A stretch of 64,000 nt of DNA, from contig NC_058382.1 of assembly GCF_018350175.1 (NCBI RefSeq), forward strand, positions 3,782,001 through 3,846,000, in the 5' to 3' direction. The stretch is from Felis catus (lineage: Eukaryota). Below, piece after piece: positions 57,872 to 64,000 of this stretch. Position numbers and translations under genes: made by a program. The first letter of the stretch is position 1; the number at the start of each line of letters is the position of its first letter. Below the pieces are notes generated by a model that was not told where the DNA came from, did not search any database, and saw only the letters and a list, made by a program, of their open reading frames with translations.

Positions 57872-60800
57872 CTACAGACGCACTCTCTTCATACTCTCCT
57901 GGAGACGGACGCTGCTGAGAGATAAGGAAGGAACACAGGTATTCTCTGGCTGGTCCATCAGAGAGACACGAAAGACACTGGGAACAGCAGGGCGTGGGGG
58001 ATGGTAAAGGGAAGACGCGTTTACAGTGTAACGACTGAGACCAGGCCAAGTTCCACTTATGCAGCCTCAACAGCCCAGCATGGGGGGCTGAATGAACGTT
58101 CTGGAAGAAACGTTCCACCAGAACACTCTGGAAGTTTGTGGAAACAAGGAAGCAGACATACTTTTTGTGTAACTCTCACCCAGGCAGTGAAAAATTGCTG
58201 GAGCACAGAACACCTTCTCCCCAGGTGACACTCCAGAAGATGGTTTAGGGCAGGAAAAAGTCAAGCAGCACATCGCTGAGTGCTGGGGATGAAGGCACGG
58301 GGCCTGGAGGCCACCCTCCCACAGCGGGGCAGGGCACACGGGTGACTAGAGTCCTGACACCAGAGAAGCTACCCCTCAGACAGGTCAGAAGAGAGTCTGC
58401 AGGAAGAAGAGCCTGATGCCGTCTGTGCATGAACTGTAAGGGATGGAGGGGAAGCACCAGGGGTGGGAAATGCCTGCCATTAGGAAGAACTACTTCCCCC
58501 CCCATTAGGAAGAGTTACCCTCCCCACCCCCCCCCCCCCATCGTGACAGGGCTGGGACCAAGCAGAAGAGGGCCTCACGGCACCAAGTTTACTCCAGAGC
58601 AGGAGACGATGCTCCTGACCCAACGCCAATGCCGAGACTTAGTCGTATGGGAGCAGAAGACCACAAGAGTGCCCGGAAATGAGTGAGGTCTCACAGAGAC
58701 AAGGGTGAGGGGCCTCCGCTGTGAGGCAGCGATCTGCGCATGCAAGTACATATTGGATGCGCTGGTAACGCAGACACAGGGAAACACAAACCTCTAGGAC
58801 GTGTGCCCAGTACCTAGAGATAGGGCTATCTTCACCCTCAAAGTACACGACACGCAGAAGACAGAGCTCCAAGAGGAGTCACCAGGAGCTCTGGCCCAGG
58901 GGGAAACCAGAGCTGAGAGCCCAACACCAAGACCAACGGAGATCCAGGGGGTCTCCCGCACTGCCCGAGATCACCCCCTAGAAATGGGGCCTGACTGAAA
59001 AGCAAGGCTCCCTGAGATAGGGGGGCTCCCACTCTACAGGCCCAGGGCAGGGGGCCCCAGAGCAGCCTGGACTAAACCCAGGACTGAGCCTCAAACCACG
59101 GGGAGGCCATACCAGGAGGGTCCCTGCCCACCGGGAAGGACTGGTCTCAGGAACAGTACTTCCCAGCCAACAGCACTTCCTGCAGTGGATCTGTGCTGCC
59201 CATGCCACTGGACACGGAGAACGTGGCTCGTGCACCGAACAAGTGGAATCTTTCATTTGTATTTCAACTGTTTCAATCACACACAGCTGGTAGCTCCCGG
59301 TGGGACGGTGTACCAGAGAGCACGCTCTGGAACCAGAGGCCCTGAGCTGGTACCAGCACGGTCCACAGGGGCCCACTGTGGACAGCGGGGGCTGTGACAC
59401 CTTAGACCTGAGGGAGCACCAGTCTCCTGGAAGGGCCCACCAAGAGAAGAACAACACCCCGGGCCCAGGCCCAGCTACCACACTGAGGTGGGGCCCAGTC
59501 CCCACACAGAGAAATGCCAGCTCCAGGGCAAGGCAGCCAGAAAAAGGACGGAGGAGACAGTTGCACAGAGGGGACTCAAAGCCTTTGATCTGGGAGCTCA
59601 GGACAGAGCCAGGACTCCCAACACAGAAATGCCTCTTCCCACCTGGGATCAGGGACAGGGACGTTAACACAGGAGTTTGCACCCCTGCCTCCGGTCCAGA
59701 GGGAGGGAACCCCTACCTTCTATCCCTACACGAGGCACTCCACACCGAGGGGTTGGGACACCTGGCTCAATGGGGAGGTGATACCCCTAAAAGGGGAACA
59801 GCCTGGCAGCAAGAAGTCCTGCAGGAGTCAGAAGCAAGGTGCCAGGGGGACAAGAGCCCCAGCCTGGGGAGGTGAGGTCTCAGATCCTCAAGCGGGGAAC
59901 AGCTGAGGTCCAGAGAAGACAACACCAGGTCTGGGGGAGGCGCCACGGGCCCAGGGTACCTGCACCCCCTAGACAGGGCGGATACAACGGGGGCAGGAGC
60001 CCCTCCCTCTAAAGAGAGACCCCACTTCAAGATACCTTCGGTCCCCCAGCAAAGGACCAGAGAGAAAGAAAGCCTGGGCCCTGAAGCGGAGGTGCCACCA
60101 TGGAGAAGTTCCATTCTTAAAGGGCTGGGAGCCCCACTGCTCTTGGGGGGACCCAGCAAGACCCCGCAGCAAAAGGTGGCCGAGACAGGGGGCAGCTCAG
60201 GTACCGAAGAGCCTGCGTGCTCATGGCGAGGGGTCTTCAACAAGACGGGGGAACCTGGGAACCAGTCTCTGTCCACGAGAGCAGATCCCCTCGAGGAGCA
60301 GTGTGCCAGACGCCCAGGGGGGCCAGCAGCCATGTCAATGAGGGACACAACTGATGGAGGAGAGCCCCTGAGACCTGACCTCGGGAAGAGGATGCAGTCA
60401 CACACAGGCCTGGCAGGGACCACACAGGAGGGGTGGAAGGCCTAGTCCTGGGAGCTGACACCGGGGGATGTGGGGGGGATCCCTAACCCTGGGGGCTGTC
60501 ATGTGCCCCCAAGCAGAGGCTTCCCACTGAGCCAGGAGCTCGGCCACTGGGAGGTGATGCTGGAGGGCCATCCTCACCGAGCACCTGACACTGTGGAGGA
60601 AGGACGTGTTAGGTCCTGGGGTGGAGGTACTTATCTGCCCACTGGGAGGCCCAACACCAAGGATGGGGGGGCCTGGGAACCCCACTGTGGAAAGCTGCCC
60701 ACAGCGGGGTCTCTCCCCCCACCACACGGAATCACGTCTCAGCCGAGAACAGAAACCTTGGTCCCCCACAGCGAGACCCCATTGACAAGTGCACCAACAC

Positions 60801-61269
60801 CTGAGAGGCAGGAACCTCGACCCTGGGGGGTGGGCGGGGGCAGCGCTGAGAAAGTTTCCTGCCCCTGGAGCCCCTGGAGGACAGAACACAATCCCAGCCA
60901 GCACAGCCCACGTGTCACAGCACAGGAACCTCACATCTAGGAAGCTATTCCTCCGAGTGTGGGAGCGGGGAGGGCGAACCCCGGATCCCATCAAGTTCAC
61001 ACACTCGCGGCCAGGGGACCCAACACAAGCACCAAGGGGGGCGGGACCCCAGCCTTCTGGAAGGACTTATGTGAACGGGGGACAGAAGACTCAGACGTAG
61101 CAGCAGCAGCAAAGGGACACGCTGGGGGCAGTCCCCAAAGAGCGGGGGCGTCAATGCTGGGGGAGGGGACAGCCCTGTTCGGAGAAGCTGGCACTGCTTA
61201 GAATCAGGGGTGCTTGCACTGCCAGGGGCAGGACACCGTCTGCAACCCGGCGAAGGCAGGAGCTTTGGA

Positions 61270-62900
61270 AGGTGTCACCAAGCCGCGAGGAGGCTAAGTG
61301 GGAGTGACACCACAGGCCGGGGGCTCGGGGCCACAGCACCAGCGGCGGACACGCAGCCTGCCCCGAGCAGGTACCGCTCAGGACAGCCCTGACCCCCGTA
61401 GACTTCTCGCCGCAGGGGAAACTTTGGGGGCGCGCAGGGGGCCGGGCCCCGGGAACGGAGCCCCCCGCCCCGCCCGCGGGCCTGGCTCGGGGTTGGGGGG
61501 CCCGACCCCCAAGTGAGGGCGGCCGCCTCGCCCAGGAGGGGCTGCGGCCGAGGGGGGCGGGCACCCGCGGCCGGGGCGCGCCCGTCCCCGCGGCGAGGGG
61601 CCGAGGCCGACGCGGAGGGGGCGGCCCCGCGCACCCGCACCCCCGCGGAGGAGCCCGGCGCCGCCGCGGGGCGCGGAGGGGGCGCGAGCACCGGCGGGCA
61701 CCGGGGCCGCCCCGGTCGGGAGCCCGCGCCGGGGGCCCGTGGGGGGTCGGCCATGTCGCGACAGGCGGCGGTGGCGCCGGGGCGGGAGGCGGCGGGGAGG
61801 GCGGTGGTGGCNNNNNNNNNNNNNNNNNNNNNNNNNNNNNNNNNNNNNNNNNNNNNNNNNNNNNNNNNNNNNNNNNNNNNNNNNNNNNNNNNNNNNNNNN
61901 NNNNNNNNNNNNNNNNNNNNNNNNNNNNNNNNNNNNNNNNNNNNNNNNNNNNNNNNNNNNNNNNNNNNNNNNNNNNNNNNNNNNNNNNNNNNNNNNNNNG
62001 GCCCGGGGTTGNNNNNNNNNNNNNNNNNNNNNNNNNNNNNNNNNNNNNNNNNNNNNNNNNNNNNNNNNNNNNNNNNNNNNNNNNNNNNNNNNNNNNNNNN
62101 NNNNNNNNNNNNNNNNNNNNNNNNNNNNNNNNNNNNNNNNNNNNNNNNNNNNNNNNNNNNNNNNNGGCCTATGATTGCTCCTGCGGCACGTCGCTCTTGC
62201 CCCTCGGACGCGCTCTATTGGCTCTTGGCAGGGATGCAGCCGGCCCCCTCTTGCCGAATGGGCAAGCTCTCCAAGGCGCGGCGTTCGATTGGCCTCCCGC
62301 GCAGACTGCTAGGATTGGCTCTGGTTTTCTTCCCCGCTCCTCCTCCTCCCCGCCTCAGGGCACAACACGCCAGCGCGAGGGCCCGTGCGTCAATCAAGAG
62401 ACCATTGGCGTGCTGATTGGATACACCCGCCCCCCTCTCCTAAACTAATTGGTCGGGGGGAGGAGCTAGGCTGATCAGGGGCGGGAAGTCGTCCGTCAAG
62501 TTTAGAGCCATTTTTAATTGGTTCTGAGGGGATATTCGACCCCGCAGCCATTGGTTGGCTCCGGAAGTAGGCGGGGAAAGCGGAGGAAGGCATGGAGCGT
62601 GGGCGTTAAAGGCCGAGCACCTAATGAGAGAGAGACAGGTACCTTCAAGCAGGGGCCGAGCTGGAGCCGTCTGCCACTCAAAACAGCCCTGGGGCCACCG
62701 GGGAGGAGCTGGGCAAGAGGGCCCACCCCCTTCCCCTCGTTGGCCCTGGCCGTTGCCATTCGCCCCAGCGTATCGTGCAACGCCGAGAGGGGGTTGGTAC
62801 CCGCCCCTGAGGCGTGTGAAACGGGGCGTAGCAGGCAGCGTCGACTCCTGGACACATCCTTCCGCATCCCTTGTGTCCCAGCTGCGTCGTCTTCCTGCAA
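61270..62900 (-). promoter_or_regulatory. CNOT3 CpG island, promoter and non-coding exon 1 region
   Basis: Extreme CpG density; eight ATTGG in 62217-62554; YY1-like GCCATTTT near 62507; ETS CCGGAAGT at 62562. Partly hidden by gaps 61812-62165. Confidence 0.85.
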
Positions 62901-63429
62901 GTGTCTGTTGGGCATATCTCTGAGTCTCTGTACGGTGAACGGAGGGAAGGAAGCAGTGGCCAGTGCCCCAAGTCACTGGCACCTCGCATACCCATGGCAG
63001 GGGCATGGCGTTTCTGTCCTGCCTCGGCCTAGTTGTGCGGTTACTGTGGGGCACTGTCCTCCGCAGCCCGCTTCCTCGGTGTTGTGGGTACGCTGCAGAA
63101 GGGACAGAGGGGGCTACCCCGTCCTCTCCCGCTCTCTGCTCTGCGCTCCAGCGGCGAAGACTTGCCGACCTCGCGTGCAGGATCCACTTTTGCACTTCTA
63201 CCGTCGTTTCCACGATAATTCCAGTTTGCCCTTCCGGGGTTTGCATTCGCAGAAGTACAGTGACTTGTTTGCTGAATGAATACGAAGGATGAAGTGTGGT
63301 TGACGACTCGGTAGGCAGTGGTACCCGAACCACCCACGAGGTATTTGCTCCGGGTCACATAGTCAATACATAAAAAAGATAAACCCAAGGAAGATGCAAT
63401 TAAGAGCCGCATCTGAATCATCTGACAAG

Positions 63430-64000
63430 GGGAGATGACTAAAAATGCAGTGGTCTTAGGCCCACACGGACCTGAGGAGTGAAGCCTAGAGATCTGCGCT
63501 TTTACACACTTCCCTGGGTGATTCCCATGCTTACTGGGGTTTGAGAGTCATTCATCAAGAGCTTCGCTCTTCAAAGTGTGGCCCTTGGATGGAGCAGGGC
63601 CTCTCAGAGGTCTTGGGAACCATTTGAAGACTTGCTAAAATGCAGATTCTGGTTCAGGAGATCCCAGATTCTGGTTTTTGACAAGTTTCCACGTGATGCT
63701 GATGGTCCACACTTGGCACTTTTGAGTAGCAAGGATTCAGATCAGTGGTTCTCAAACTCAGCTGCAATTAGAATCACCTGGGTGGCTTGGAAAAAAAAAG
63801 CCAGACACTCAGGGCTTACCCTAAATGAATGAAATCTGAATTTTCGAGGATATGAACCAGATAGTAATTTTTAAATCTGCTCAGATGATTCCAACATGCA
63901 GCTAATCTAACAGAGAATTTTATGGAGCAGTGGGTTCTCAGTGACGTACCTGGACCAGCAGCATAAACATCACCTGGGAACTTATTAGAAATGCACATTT
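63430..64000. mobile_element. Cluster of MER5-type hAT MITE remnants
   Basis: CAGTGGTTCTCAAACT, AGAATCACCTGG, AAATGCAGATTCT and CATCACCTGGGAACTTATTAGAAATGC motifs. Confidence 0.75.

Noticed and set aside
62440-63333. 297-aa (-) and 253-aa (+) ORFs upstream of CNOT3
   Set aside because: Low-information translations across the CpG island edge with no known family; not PRPF31.

Overview
Mammalian genomic DNA, almost certainly a felid (feline-type tRNA-derived Can-SINEs and an L1_Fc-like 3' end). The window is orthologous to human 19q13.42, next to the leukocyte receptor complex. Five spliced genes could be reconstructed by hand from GT-AG boundaries and reading phase: TSEN34 (-, 316 aa), MBOAT7 (+, 472 aa), TMC4 (+, 705 aa), LENG1 (+, stop not visible) and CNOT3 (-, about 746 aa, last exon inside an N gap). 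The first ~14 kb is gene-free and made of L1, Can-SINEs, a near-complete Tigger1, LTR remnants and MIR. The most unusual non-coding signals are: a dense RFX X-box cluster in MBOAT7 intron 6 followed by an inverted pair of ZNF143-type motifs; MSR1-like G-rich minisatellite arrays; a candidate alternative terminal exon and a short uORF in CNOT3; an apparent LENG1 C-terminal frameshift; and a 25-bp CRE/HRE-bearing minisatellite. Comparisons with human sequences are from memory and need checking by alignment.
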